Position numbers and translations under genes: made by a program. From Macrostomum lignano (Eukaryota), in the NCBI GenBank assembly GCA_002269645.1, contig NIVC01001622.1, positions 116,984-180,983 on the forward strand: 64,000 nt of DNA. The letters run 5' to 3'. The notes under the pieces are model-generated. The model saw only the letters and a list, made by a program, of their open reading frames with translations, made no database searches and had not been told where the DNA came from. How positions within the stretch are numbered: the first letter of the stretch is position 1; each line of letters begins with the position of its first letter. Of the stretch, positions 13,461-25,971 are shown piece after piece.

Positions 13461-14788
13461 TGGTTGATTAGAAGTTGTTGATAGACCTAGAATCAAAGGG
13501 AGAGTTAGGGAGGGTGAAGCCATGGCTTAAAGGTATCAAAGTTCAAATGAGGTCCTGATATCTTAGGCTAGATAGCTAGCTTTTAGGGCTAATGCTTTTT
13601 ACTTTAACTATTATTTTCCTTAAAAAAACTAATAAAAGTGAGTAAACAAAGTATAAAGCTACATGTAGTTTATCCTAGCATTTTTATGTCTACAACAAAG
13701 GAGAGGCAAATATTATTAGTAATTCCTTAAAATATAGCCTTTATTAAATTGAATCTAAGCATAAAAAAAGGAAAAAGCTTCAAATTGGAAAGGGCAAATC
13801 TAAATTATTAATAAAATATTAGACTACAATTAGAAAATTAAGATGCAAATTGCAATAACTCTGCTAAGATCTAGATATATAAGATTTAGAATAGCATATA
13901 AATAAAAATTTTTGTATGATAGCTTAGGCTATGTGACTTTTTGGTGAAGTATAATTATGTTTTAGTGAATTAATTTTTGAGGGCTTTTTATTTTGAATAC
14001 ACAATGTTATATAATTTCTGAACTAGCAAAATGAACATTTTCTACTACCTAGTGGCAATTTAGACTATTCAGTTAAAATCATAACTTAATGCAATATAAA
14101 TGCATATAATGCATTAGTATAAATGCAATATGTTAAGACTATATAATTTTTAAAGGCCAATTTCCTAAAAAAAAACAATGGAAAAGATAGAAAAATGTTC
14201 ATTTTTATAACACACTTATAATTTATGATTGCATATATTTACGTCAACAAAAGTGTTGCAAGTTTTATTAAATCCTGCAGACTATAATATAAGTATATAT
14301 TGTGATAACTTAATTAACTGAGGCAAAAGTATGGAATTGAGAAACTCAAAGAGAAAGATTAAGAAAAGGTGCTCGCTTAAGAGCTAGGCTGACAATATTT
14401 ATTAGTTAGCAATGAAGTAGTAGGTGCAGAGAGATTAAATTGCGTGCATGGGGTAGGGGTTGAATAAAATACAAATCTCTAAGTCAGTCAATAACAATCT
14501 CCATTGCTAATGAGTCAATACTTCAGTATATGCAACTAGTTGCAAAGTTCATTGTGTCACTATGTTACATATATAATGTATAATATAGGCTGTTTTTAGA
14601 CTTTACCATTATGCTAGATATGATGCAACTACCAAGCCAACCCTCCCCTGCTTCTATTTTATCTATTTATTAATTTTGTGATTTGCCAAAATATTACTTT
14701 GCCTATAGCCACAGCTTATTATAATAGGCCTCCAGTTTTTATAGCAATTTCTTAGAAAAAGTTGCATTTCCAAAAAACGTACTACTGT

Positions 14789-15471
14789 TGTTATAATATG
14801 CGAATATTAAAAATATTTCTTATATGCAAAATATTCTGAATATTCTATACTTTGTTAAAATAGGAAAATTTTACTATAAATAGGAGTCAGCTGGGAGCTA
14901 AAATAAATAACCTGGTGAACCTTGTGAACCATTTCTTGTTTATTGTTTCAAACATTGATCAAGCTTTAAATCAGCCTTCGGCTTGTGATCACTTGTGTTA
15001 CTTATTTCGAGTAATGGATAGTGACATAGGAATTGCCCCAAGATTGGGAGTTCAGTCCGTTCTCAGAGAACAAGAAATCCTAGACTTAGGAGTCTAGTAA
15101 CCTGCCTTTAGAAGGCAGAATTCCTACCACAAGGTAGAGAAATCCAGGCTTAGAGTCTGAGAAACCCCCCTCAGAGCAGAATACCCAGCAAAGTGCGCTG
15201 TGACCCTCTGATCCCGGGAATGCCTAGGACTGATAATAATATCTTTAGAGGAGTATAGGGATAGGATAGACAGTGTTTAAAAGACCGCTCAGGCTAGAAA
15301 GTACAACAGAAGTACATATGCTACCAATAAAAGTATATGCACTACCAGTTGAAATTAATAACCAGTAAAATTGTTAAGGAGAAATAGCTCTATTACAACT
15401 TTGGTGGCATTTAGTGGGATTCTCAGTGCACAGGAAACACGCCTAGCACAGCTTGGTGGCAGCGGTGGGAT
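14789..15471 (+). mobile_element. Retrotransposon 5' LTR remnant with tRNA-Leu primer-binding site (Ty3/gypsy-type), internal region missing
   Basis: tggtggcagcggtgggat (15454-15471) is the complement of a tRNA-Leu 3' end (ATCCCACCGCTGCCA+CCA). A degenerate copy (15402-15420) directly follows ...tattaca (15397). AATAAA at ~15326. The 5' boundary (tgttata, 14789) is tentative. Confidence 0.65.
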
Positions 15472-16567
15472 TTTTATAGAGAGACAGAGCCCTAGCACAT
15501 TATTTAATAAAATATTTTAGATTTAGTTATAATACAAGCATACAAACCTTAGAGATTTAGTATATTTAGATAGATATAGATTTAAAAGCTAGTTATTTAG
15601 CTTATTATAATAATATTTTATATCTTTCAAAGCTAGATAAAATATTCAATTTGATGAAAATAATATATCGTATATAAAATATACTAATATATCTACCAAT
15701 TGGAAGTCCTATAACATGCTTGGGTGCAACCTAGGGATTCACCCAGCTGTTTCTATTGGCAACACACACATGTAAGCCACTATTGGATGGAATAGTAGTC
15801 ACGTGACTGCTTTCAAGTCTTAGGCCAATAGCGACTTATATGTATGCCAGGGTCAGGATCATGTACCACTGTACGCCAGAACAAAAATTGCTTCTGTAGC
15901 TCATGTACGCCAATGTACACTCCAATAAACTTTTTATTATATACAAAAATATGCCAAAATAAAAATACAAGTTATGATCAATATTAATTTGCTTGCAAAG
16001 TTTTAATATTAAAAAATTATTGTGTTAAAACTGTTAATTTTTACTAAACTATATAAAACTAGAACTTCATTTTTACTATTTTTTTAACTTCTTGGAAAAG
16101 TTAAATCTGGGTTTTTTAATTAGTTTGAATCTATTTTTTTCATAAAGGGTTAGTGGGCTGTTCTTTCTGATCAAAATTTAGCTATTGTACATGGAGACTA
16201 TGCCAAATGTAAACTTATTCATTTTTGTATGCTAATTGTATAGGTTGATGGGGACTCAGAACTTTTGGTCCAATTGCTATCTTGGCAATCTCTAAATGCC
16301 AAGCTATACACCAAGAGGGCATGCCAGGCCCTTTTGTATACCAAGTTGTATGCAAATGGTGTACTCTAGGTCCCTCTATACACTAGAATTTCCGGCATAC
16401 ATGTATACCATCTGGAGTCTAGCATGTATGTGTTGCCAATATAAATGGCCAAATGATTCCCAAGGTTGCATATGTATATTTGATAAATATAGGATTTTTA
16501 GCTAGAAAAAAATCTTATAAATAGCCAAAATGGCAATAGGCTATAATGTTATTATTATAAATATAAA

Positions 16568-17240
16568 TCTCTACCTATAAAAACCAAAACTCTGTCTGTC
16601 TGTGGACAAATTACTTCGCTATGGACTCCCAAACCGCTCAACCAAATTACACCAAACTTTACACCCATCCTAAATTCACTATGGAGAATGTCTTAGGCTA
16701 CCTTTTAATTTCCTAGACTCAAGTCTTCCTACCTAAAAGTGCAAAAAACTGCTCAAAATGCGCGATTTTTTCACTTAATCCTCCATAGTGCCGCTCCACT
16801 TCTACCGATTCTCTTCAAATTTGACACAGGCAATTTTCAACTATTTTGACACAATCATGTAAAATTTCGAGTCTCAAAGTTAATCCTGAAAGCCGCTGTG
16901 CACTTTTAAAGTTAGGCTGTTTTTTTCAGCGTAGCAACCACCCCAACCTCCGCCCGCCTGCCTCTCTTTCCCGATACCGATCTGAGCCCAGATGTGTAAA
17001 AGGGTTTCAAAATTGAATAACTTTCAGCTGCCATAAGTTTGCTCCACGTAAAGCGATTGACTTTAAACTTGACACAATTCTTCATTGACCCATTCACTAT
17101 CTAAATGTAAAGTTTCAACTCTGTAACTCAACCGAAAAAAAGAAACTGTAAGCATGTGAAGTTTGTTTGCTTTTTCTGTTGTTTGTGCCACTCACTCATT
17201 CCCCCAGAGCCAGACGAAGGGTCAGGCGATAGGGCTCAAT
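16568..17240 (+). mobile_element. Possible non-autonomous Helitron/Helentron-like element
   Basis: A|TC start, ctataaaa followed by ctgtctgtctgt, and ccgattctcttcaaatttgaca-type internal motifs seen in such elements. No CTRR 3' end found. Confidence 0.3.
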
Positions 17241-17704
17241 GTACATAGCGAATGTACAGTGTTTTGGAATAGCCTTCTCTGTACCCCCGCGAGTGGAGAG
17301 GCGTGGAGAGGAGAGAGTTTAGCGAGAGATTCAACCACTGTCCTCACTCCTGTATAAGACAAGTCTGCAGGAGATAAACAAGGATGGCAAATCAAGGCGA
17401 TGTGGGATGGTTTGTAAAAATAGCGAAAAATTAATGATTACAATGAACTGATTACAATGCAATCCTACTAAATTGCTTACACCATGAAAATTTTAACATT
17501 AAGATACGAATAAGGTACTTGAAAATTTAAATAACCTCCTAAGAAATGCGTATTTCCTTGGTTGTTAGACTGCTGCAGACTGTGGTGGTGGAGCTAGAGA
17601 ATGGAGATACACAAATTCCTCTCAGGACTGCTAATTGGCCAGAAAGAGCACGAGAAATTATAACAACCATGATAGTACTACGTCCCACAAACTGGCTTTC
17701 GAAG

Positions 17705-19454
17705 CAGGGATCGGCAGATTTTTATCTCAAAGGCCAGATAAAGAATCAAGCTTATGGCTGCGGGGCAGATGAGAGTGAAAAGGAAAAGGAATAGACTATT
17801 AGAAAGGGAGGAGGGGCGAGAGGGGATAAGAGAATAGATAGAAGATATCAGGAGAGACGAGGGGGTCGAGGGCAGAGCAGAGAATATGGGAGTCGGGAGG
17901 AAGAAGCGAGAGGAGGGAAGAGAGAAGGGAGATGGAATTAGAGGTGAGAAGATGGAGAGAGAAGAGGGGAGAGATGAGACAGAGGATCATTGAGAGAGGA
18001 GAGTAGAGAAGAGTGAGAAGAGATGAGAGATGAGAGAACAGAGAGGCAGATGAGAGAGGATCGAGAGGAGAGATTAGAAAGGATAGAGAAGAGAGGAGAT
18101 AAGAGGGGGATAGAGGGGAGAGAGAGGAGTGAGAAGAGGAGATAAGAGATGAGAGAGGGAAGAGTGAGAAGATGAGATAAGATATAAGATATAAGAGATA
18201 AGAGAGAGAGAGAGTTGAGAAAGAAGAGAGGAGAAAGGAGAGATGATAGAGTAAAGGGAAGAGGAGGAGAGAGGAAAGAGATGAGATCGAGGAGATGAGA
18301 GAGATGAAAAAAAGATAATCGAGAGAGTAGAGATGAGAGATGAAGGAAGAGAGAGCAGATTGCAGAGAGACGAGAGAAGAGAATAGAGGGGAGAGAGTAT
18401 AGAAGAGGGAAGAGAAGAGAGGAGTAAGGAAAGAGGGGTGTCAGAAGAGGGGAAAGAGAAGAGTACACAGTAGAGAGGAGAGTAGAGATGACAGAAGAGA
18501 GAGGGGAATGAGAGAGCAAAGATGAGAGTGAACAGACAATATAAGAGAGGAGAGAGGAGAGTGAGAAAGAAGAGAGAAGACAAGAGAGGGAGAGAGTATA
18601 GAAGAGAGAAGTGAAGAGACAAGAAGAAAGAAGAAAGGATCGAGTCCTCCTGAGTCAAAAAAGGGGAAAGAGAGGAGTACAAGTGGAGAGAGGTGAGAGA
18701 ACATATGAGAGTAAAGATGACAGAACAGAGAGGGGAGATGAGAGATCAGAACAGACGAGAGATGGGAGAGTAGAGAGAAAAGAGGAGAGATAAGAAATAA
18801 GAGATGAGAGGTGCAGACAAGGGAGAGATGAGAAGTGAGTGAGGAGAGAGGAGGGGAAGGGAGAGAATCGAGAGGACAGGGGAAATTGGTGAAAAGGACG
18901 AGAGAGGAGAGGAAAGAGGGGAGAGGTTAGAGAGAAGAGAGATAGGACAGGAGATAGCAGAGAGATGAGAGGAGAGAGGGGGGAGAGGAGAGAGAAGATA
19001 AAAGAAGAGAAATGAGAGATAAGATAGCAAAGACGAGAGAGAAGGGAGGTGAGGGATAGAAGACATGAGAGGAGAGAGTTGAGAGAAGAGAGGAAAAAGG
19101 AGAGAGTAGAGATAAGGAAAAAGTTAAGAGAGGGTATAGTAAGGAGTGAGAAGAGAGGTGAGGGAAGAGAGAGCAGAGAGCAGAGGGAAACAAGAAGAGA
19201 TAAAAGAGGAGAAATGAGATATGAGAGACCAGAGACCAGAGAGAAAAGAGGAGAAGAGAGAGAAAAGAATAGAGAGGAGATGGAAGAGACGAGAGAGGAG
19301 AGAGGACAGAGGAGAGAAGAAAGAAGAGATAAGAGGAGAGAGAGAGAAGAGACAAGAGAGAAGATAGGAAACAGAAAAGAAGATGGAAGTTTCAAAGGAT
19401 GCAAAGGACATAGGGAGAGGCAGAGGTAGAGGCCAGAGTTTGCCTGACATTCTG
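17705..19454 (+). mobile_element. hAT-like MITE with ~1.6 kb GA-rich core (copy 2), in RNF intron 1
   Basis: cagggatcggcagatttttatctcaaaggccagat ... agtttcaaaggatgcaaagg...gagtttgcctgacattctg. The interior is imperfect polypurine and explains the L/S-rich ORFs 17799-19492. Confidence 0.65.
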
Positions 19455-20510
19455 CGCAGCACCCCAGCCAACAATAGCAATGTTTGCCTCAAATCCTAAT
19501 TTTACATGAATGTACACTATTTTATGTTTAACTCTAATCCTAACTATTAACAAGTTTTTGTTAGAGTTTGACCTCAGATTTTAGAATACATGCAAAAAAA
19601 ATTCCGGGGAATGGAGTTCCCCGAGGTCAAAATCTGCGGGTTTCAACAGCTTGTTACATATATATAGGCCTAGGTTATAGTATTGGCCTTACAAAATTAC
19701 CATATCTTAGGCCTATCTTACACTTGTCCAAGCCAATAGACTATGGCTATTTATGGTTTATAATAATAACTTATTATAATAACTATAGTCCAGATCATGC
19801 TGGGTGAACACTGGAACAAAAATTGAATAATTACAAATGCATGCCAAAAAATGTAGTGCATGCCCATTCTCAAAAATATGCCGGTGTTGCAACAATAAAT
19901 GACCTTTTTCAAGTTGTGACAATAAAATTAAAATACCTTTTTTGAATTGCATAATAGACCCATTACCAAATAATTTGGTTGCTTTTTTTATGCTTTTTTC
20001 AATGATACTTCAGCGCTATATTTCAGTGCTAGTAAATTAACCAGTGGAAAATTTAAACATGAAAAGATTTGTTTAAATGATCTTTTACAAGCTTCAAAAA
20101 CTAGAAAGCTTGAAACTTGCACTTAATTTTTTTCATCTTTTTTCTACTTCACAATAACTCTTGCGCATGAATAGCCATGATTCTATAAAGTGAATGCCAG
20201 GTATGCACATATACTATTTTCTCAAGAGTGATGCATGCCAACTGTGCATGCCTAATTTTGGCGTGCAAGGCCAATGCATGCCCAAATTTTTGGGCATAAA
20301 CTACATGATCTGGAGTGTGGCATAATAAATTAAAGTTAAATATATAAGCCTACTTATAATATATAAAGCTAAAATTTGAATAAAAAACTATGCAATTACA
20401 ATCTAAAAAGTTTTAATAACCAAATTGTTTAAATATTTAACATCAATAAAATTAACAACATTTATTGTTCATTAGTAATTTAGTATTAATTAAAAAATAC
20501 ATTAACTTAC

Positions 20511-20576
20511 ATCAGCACAATGTTCAATTTTGCTTTGCTGCTTGGCATCTTGGCAGCTATGACAATAGTAAGACAT
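20511..20576 (-). CDS. RNF115/RNF126: RNF115/RNF126-like, exon 1 (start; first half of zinc ribbon)
   Basis: ATG TCT TAC TAT TGT CAT AGC TGC (MSYYCHSC...EHCAD)|gtaagt. Phase 0 joins exon 2 and gives the family YxCHxC...CxxCxSxFxEEL finger. Spliced CDS 1026 nt = 341 aa. Confidence 0.82.
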
Positions 20577-21343
20577 TGAAATAAGTCTACTAGCTAGGCC
20601 AGGTAACAGATAGCTAGGTGTTGAATAAAAATTATGTTGGATTGAGTAACTGGTTTTTATATTTACTTTCAATGCTTAAACATAGAAACAGGTGCTAGTA
20701 AGGGCCTATTATATCATTATCAGAATTCAATATTAGGCCTAGTTATCTTCATCTTCCAGCTTAATCAAATCAAGTTAATCAACTACCAAATAAACTTCTA
20801 AGTGCTAGCTAGGCCTAGGTAATTAAGGACAGTTTGCTGTCAATTTGGATACCTTAACTGTCTCAAGTCAAAATCGAAAATTGGTCAACTGGTAGTGGTA
20901 GGGCCTAATGTAATTTAATACAACTGCATAGGCTACACCTGCATTATTGGGAAAATTTAGCGATACACTGTAAGTAGCCTAAATAATTAAAACCTAATTT
21001 TAACTTTCAGTGCCTTATGACTAAGTTAAGATGGCCTATGGCAAGATATTCTAATGTATGACCAATGTTAAGTCCCTTATTTCGCCCAGTTCGACTAAAT
21101 TTTGGTTTCCGGGAAAAAGACTTCAAACGTCTCCAACGCTAGTTATAACTCTCATTTTACGATGACGATTTGAGAAGCGAGGACATGCCTACAGATAGAG
21201 ACATTACACTAGTAAATTATTTAAACACGAATAAGTCATCATTATTCAACCAATTCAATCAATTGCCATCACTTGAAATTATCAGCAAACCTAGCTGCGT
21301 TACCATGCACTTACCTGCCAACCAGCAATCCCAACCATAGCAC

Positions 21344-21700
21344 CAGGGGCGTAGCCAGAGGGGGGGCAAGGGGGGCCGTGGCCCCCCAATCACCAACTCT
21401 GGCCTTGGCGCCCCCCCCCCCTCTAAAAGAAACTGGCGCCCCCCCTAAAAGAAACTGGCGCCCCCCCCCCCCTAAAAGAAACTGGCGCCCCCCCCCTCTA
21501 AAAGAAACTGGCACCCCCCTAAAAGAAACTGGCGCCCCCCCCCCCTATAAGAAACTGGCGCCCCCCCCTAAAAGAAACTGGCGCCCCCCCCCTATAAGAA
21601 ACTGGCGCTCCCCCCCTAAAAGAAACTGGCGCCCCCCTATAAGAAGCTGGCGCCCCCCTAACTCACGGCCCCCCAATCAAAATTCCTGGCTACGCCCCTG
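21344..21700. mobile_element. hAT-superfamily MITE (357 bp) with internal aaaagaaactggcgccccc tandem repeats
   Basis: Perfect 15-bp TIR caggggcgtagccag / ctggctacgcccctg and perfect 8-bp TSD catagcac (21336-21343 and 21701-21708). Confidence 0.92.
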
Positions 21701-23094
21701 CATAGCACGCATCTAAAATGTCAAATCGTGAATGTACACATTTAATCGATAAGGACGAGCATTTATTTGAAGTGAAGTTCTCTACTCACATGCAATAACT
21801 GTCAGTTTTTTTATATTGCTATAGCGATTCGATCATGCTTTACATTTGATTATGTCTGTAGATACATGTAAAAGCGCGTAATTCGATTTATATATCTTTA
21901 TACTTTTCACTTGCTATCTTCTCAAATATTAAATCCAGTTGCTTGCCCTCACGCTACATTAGAGTCGGCAAACACCGGTCGGCGCTACATCTGCAAAAAC
22001 ACTGTGGGTGACTGTGGAAATTTATTTAGCGATGGATTTACACAGCTTTACAGCGATGGAGACATTAACGAAGAGATACTTAGCGATGGATCGGAGACAA
22101 TAATAGAGAATGAGGTGGAGACATTATAGCAATGGGGACAGCTAGCATCGATGGAGACAATGGATCGAGACAGTTACATGTAGCAGTGGAGAAGTACCTA
22201 GAACGTACATGTATAGCCAGGAACTTAAGTTTATAGAAGCAATTGTAAGACAATTAGCGCCTGAAAAATGAGCACTCGCAGATCGTGACCTACTATTTTA
22301 GCTAAATCAACTATTTATAGTTACAGAACCCAAAAGGAGATTATAAAAAGTACGTCGTAGATACGATCGACTTTTGTACTCGGCTGGTGTAGTAATTGCC
22401 ATCTGACTTTTATGAGATATTGCGCGATTCTTTAGCTGAGCTCCCGCGTTGCAAAAAATTGGCACGATTTTGTACAAAAATAATCATCCATATTATTCGT
22501 CAAAGTTGATCCTTTTCTAGGTAATGTAATGAAAAAAATATAAGTTTCGACAGACAAGTATATTGCCAATATTTTAATTGATTTTAAAGTGCGCAAACTA
22601 AAGGCTTCATACATTTACACTTACGAAACGGTATAAAAGTAGTGCACATAAAGCCACTGAGCATAATTAATAAGCGCTAGCAAGCAAAAAAGCATAAAAA
22701 TTTCCGTTATTAATATAAGCCTCAATAAAAAAGCGTGTGTCTACTAAAAATAGTAAGGAAAGTGTATGGAGAGCAGTTTTTTTACTAAAAAATTCGTTGA
22801 AAATATTAAATGGACAGTATAACAATTTTAAACGTACTACGTACACGTACGAGCGTAAGAGTACATAAGCGGATAATGCACTGATATATGAAATATTTTC
22901 AGAAATCTCTCAGGCCACACTATTAATGTACAAAACTTAAAATACACCAGAAACCAAAAGGTTTGTTATTATACAGTACACAGGTCATTGATGACTTAAT
23001 GAGCCAAAATGTGGCAAGAAAATTAATATTGCTCCATATAATATCTTTTACACAATATTTATACATACACTTATTCATACATATCCATACTTCC

Positions 23095-23395
23095 AGGCCG
23101 TCAACTCCCCTCCCTCAAGCGTCAGACTCTTGCGACACAACCCTATGGTTCCATTCCGTGCCCGGCCACACTCATTTGAGACTAATTGCAGGAGTGCGCA
23201 AAAAACGGCCCTGGGAGGGGGGGGGGGTTGAGATTTACAGCCATGAGGTACAACCTCTAAAGACACAGAGATTGTATTGAGTACATGCCCGACGATTTGA
23301 CAGTCAAAGGGCCGCATGTACACCCTGTGTGAGCGTGTGTATGAGTGCGTATTAGTGATTATAAAATGACTATTCATAATCATAAATCACTAGAT
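23095..23395 (+). mobile_element. Diverged tRNA-derived SINE (family 2), related to 60571-60935
   Basis: B-box-like ggttccattcc. Shares the blocks cacactcatttgag..aattg, aacggcc and gtacatgcc..acgat..agggccgc(a)tgtacac(t)cctgtgtgag with the 60.6-60.8 kb copy. Confidence 0.5.
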
Positions 23396-24115
23396 AGATA
23401 AAATATTTAAAAATAGACATTAAAAACAAAGTTGACATTGAGATTACAAGTATATTAGGCAATTAGCTTCTGGACTTAATATAATCGTAGCTATTAAGCT
23501 TCACAAAAATGATCAGCGATAGCTACTGGCAGTAGGACTAGAAGAAAGATATCTGAACCGATGCTAATTAATGCCACTTATAACTTGCCACTATTTTCGT
23601 ATGCAACACGAATCAGGTGTCAAAAAGAGATAAAAAATAGGTTAATTGATAAATGGCTCCGGTAAAAGATACAGATTTATCTTTTTACGAAGTCAAAGAT
23701 ACACACTTAAATTGAATAACTATACAATATAACATTTCATAAGTTAGAAATGGTCTGGTTGATTTATGGAGAAGTGTATCTTGCTTTATCAACCAGATAA
23801 ATAATAATAAATAAGAAGCTTGTTAACAAGTACTACAAAGCAAGATAGTAATTATTACGTAACAGCTTACGTCATCGTTTTCGGAAAACTACACGGCTTG
23901 AAGCAGGCAGAGGAACTAATAAAAATTACTCAAAATTCATTCAGAATTTTAAAGAAAAAAACATGCTTGAAAAAGTCTCCTTGCCCGTGGCTATGGTTAC
24001 TAGATTGACTATTATAGTTAGTAGTAAGTTACAGCCTAGGGCAGCTAGAAAAATATGGGCTTTTCCCCTAGTTCTGTTTATAAAAATTGTTTCAGAATTC
24101 CTTGGAGACCCCCCC

Positions 24116-24660
24116 GGGCGCTACATTTGGCGCTGAAATTCCCTCTTCAGTGGCGCTACATTTGGCGCTAAAATCTACCCGTGGCGCTAACCTCTCTCTT
24201 GTGGCGCTAAATCTGGCGCTAAGATCTCTCTTGGCGCGCTATTTGGCGCTAAGATCCCCATTGAGGCGCTACATTTGGCGCTAAAATCCACCCGTGGCGC
24301 TAAGATCTCCCTTGTGGCGCTACATTTGACACTAAGATCCCCATTGTGGCGCTAAATTTGGCGCTAAGATCCCCATTGTGGCGCTACGAGCTAAGATCCC
24401 CTTGTCGCTAAGATCTCTTTGGGGCGCTACATTTGGCGCTAAAATCCACCCGCGGCGCTAAATATAAATCTCCAGCTCCCGCTATGAGCGTAAAATCCTC
24501 CACGCGGCGATAAATTGGGAGCTAAGAGCCCCTCCCAGCGGCGCTACATTTGGTGCTAAAATCTCTCTCTTCACCCCTAAGCGCTACATTTGGCGCTAAC
24601 CCCCCCCCCCCACGGCGGCGCTACATCTGGCGCTAAGTTCTCCTCTGTGGCTCTCCTCTG
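24116..24660. repeat. Degenerate tandem array of ggcgcta(catttggcgctaa) motifs just 3' of the Shisa-like stop codon
   Basis: Dozens of ggcgcta cores in irregular 10-35 bp units. Confidence 0.85.
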
Positions 24661-24698
24661 TAAGTTCTCCTCATTTGGCCGTAAAAAGTTGCGTATCA

Positions 24699-25407
24699 TC
24701 ATTGGTACGATTTGTCCTCCGGGGGAGAATAAGCTGGCGGCGGCGCCTGGATCACTGGGTAGCCGCTGAAACCGGCATCGGCAGGTGGAGCGGACGCTGG
24801 CACAGCAGGATCGTGTCCCATAGGCTGTCTAGGATAAGCAGCCGTAGGTAAATTAGTAGCGACAGCACTGCCTGGAACAGAAGCGTAGGGCACAGGCGGG
24901 CCGGCCATTTGCATCGGTGGATGCGCAACGGCGTTTGGCTGCGGCACGTTTCGATTGCGTTGATTCTGTCGCGAGATGTATAGGTAAATGCCGAAACCGG
25001 CCCCGCAGCAACAGCAACAGCACAGTATAATTGACACTAACAGGACTGCCAACACGGGCCCGAATACAGCAGCATCGCCGTGATATCTATAAAATTCCTC
25101 TTCATCGCAGCATCTCTGTTTCTCTTTACCGCAGCAATATTTAGAATCTTCATCATAATCCCATCCAATAGCGTCAGTGGGGCACACAAAATATGAGTAG
25201 TTTTTCCCAACGCTAGGCCTGGTGGACAAGTCTTTATTAACTGGCGCTTTGAAACTGGGGCTCTCGCAGACGGCGATGTCATCGTAGGTATTCAGATAGC
25301 TGTAGCCGTTCCCGTCACCGGTGGAGCTGAACTTGTGTCGCATGCGGCTGCCCACGTACACTGACCCAGCTAGGAACAGCCGCTCCTTCTTCAGCGTGGA
25401 CACGCCG
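24699..25407 (-). CDS. Shisa-like single-pass membrane protein, exon 3 (Cys-rich ectodomain, TM, Pro-rich tail with PPAY motif)
   Basis: C...FVCP...KYCCG...RCC, then hydrophobic VLAVLLVSIILCCCCCCGAGFGIYLYI, then a Pro-rich tail ending APPPAYSPP: the Shisa-like layout. Acceptor tttaacag| phase 2. Confidence 0.8.
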
Positions 25408-25480
25408 CTGTTAAACATTGAGGGAATTTGCCAATTGTTGGTTTATAATTTGAGTCTTCGCAGTCAGAGACCGTGGGGAG

Positions 25481-25650
25481 GGGGGTTGTAGCCTAGTGGT
25501 TGTTAAGAGCGTAGGACTCACGACTGAAAGGTCGGGGGTTCGATTCTCCACCCATTCGGAACAATTTGTGTCCTTGAGCAAGACACCTAACTCTGCATTG
25601 CTTCAGTTCACCCAGCTGTAAAATGGGTGCCAGCATTAGCTGGGCAGGTG
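25481..25650 (+). mobile_element. tRNA-derived CORE-type SINE (family 1, copy 1), in Shisa-like intron 2
   Basis: A box tagcctagtgg, B box ggttcgattct, then gtgtccttgagcaagacacctaac...cttcagttcacccagctgtaaaatggg, which closely resembles the MIR/CORE domain. A second copy lies at 47572-47736. Confidence 0.85.
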
Positions 25651-25784
25651 TAATCAATTATTAATAGGCCTAGTGAAAATAACTAACTAGTTTAATTCCT
25701 TTTCAAAACTACGAGGTGCACTCGTAGGCACACAAGTATCAGCAATCACTATAGGAATAAAATTTAAAACCAATATAAACTCAC

Positions 25785-25971
25785 CCCATTCGTTGGAGAA
25801 TGCCAACTGGCATGATGTAGTCTGACTTGCGAAATCCTCCACTTTTATATGGCGTGTAATATGAGCGAGTATTCGATTGGAAAGAGCTTAAACGATTGCT
25901 TTGATCGCTTCTATAAGAGAAACTGCTGGAGTACCGATCAGAGGACACATAGCGCGTGGCTGCAGTGGCAT
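25785..25971 (-). CDS. Shisa-like protein, exon 2 (Ser/Tyr/Arg-rich)
   Basis: aaacag|AT GCC...ATG GG|gtgagt; 187 nt open; phases 1 and 2 match exons 1 and 3. Not on the ORF track. Confidence 0.72.

Noticed and set aside
17799-19492. Many L/S-rich or E/R-rich ORFs resembling membrane or coiled-coil proteins (also 1100-1468, 28279-28566, 62956-63453)
   Set aside because: Products of polypurine/polypyrimidine MITE cores.
25481-25560. Functional tRNA gene (also 47660-47736 and 60571-60645)
   Set aside because: A/B boxes are present, but the stems pair poorly and each head runs into a SINE body shared between copies.
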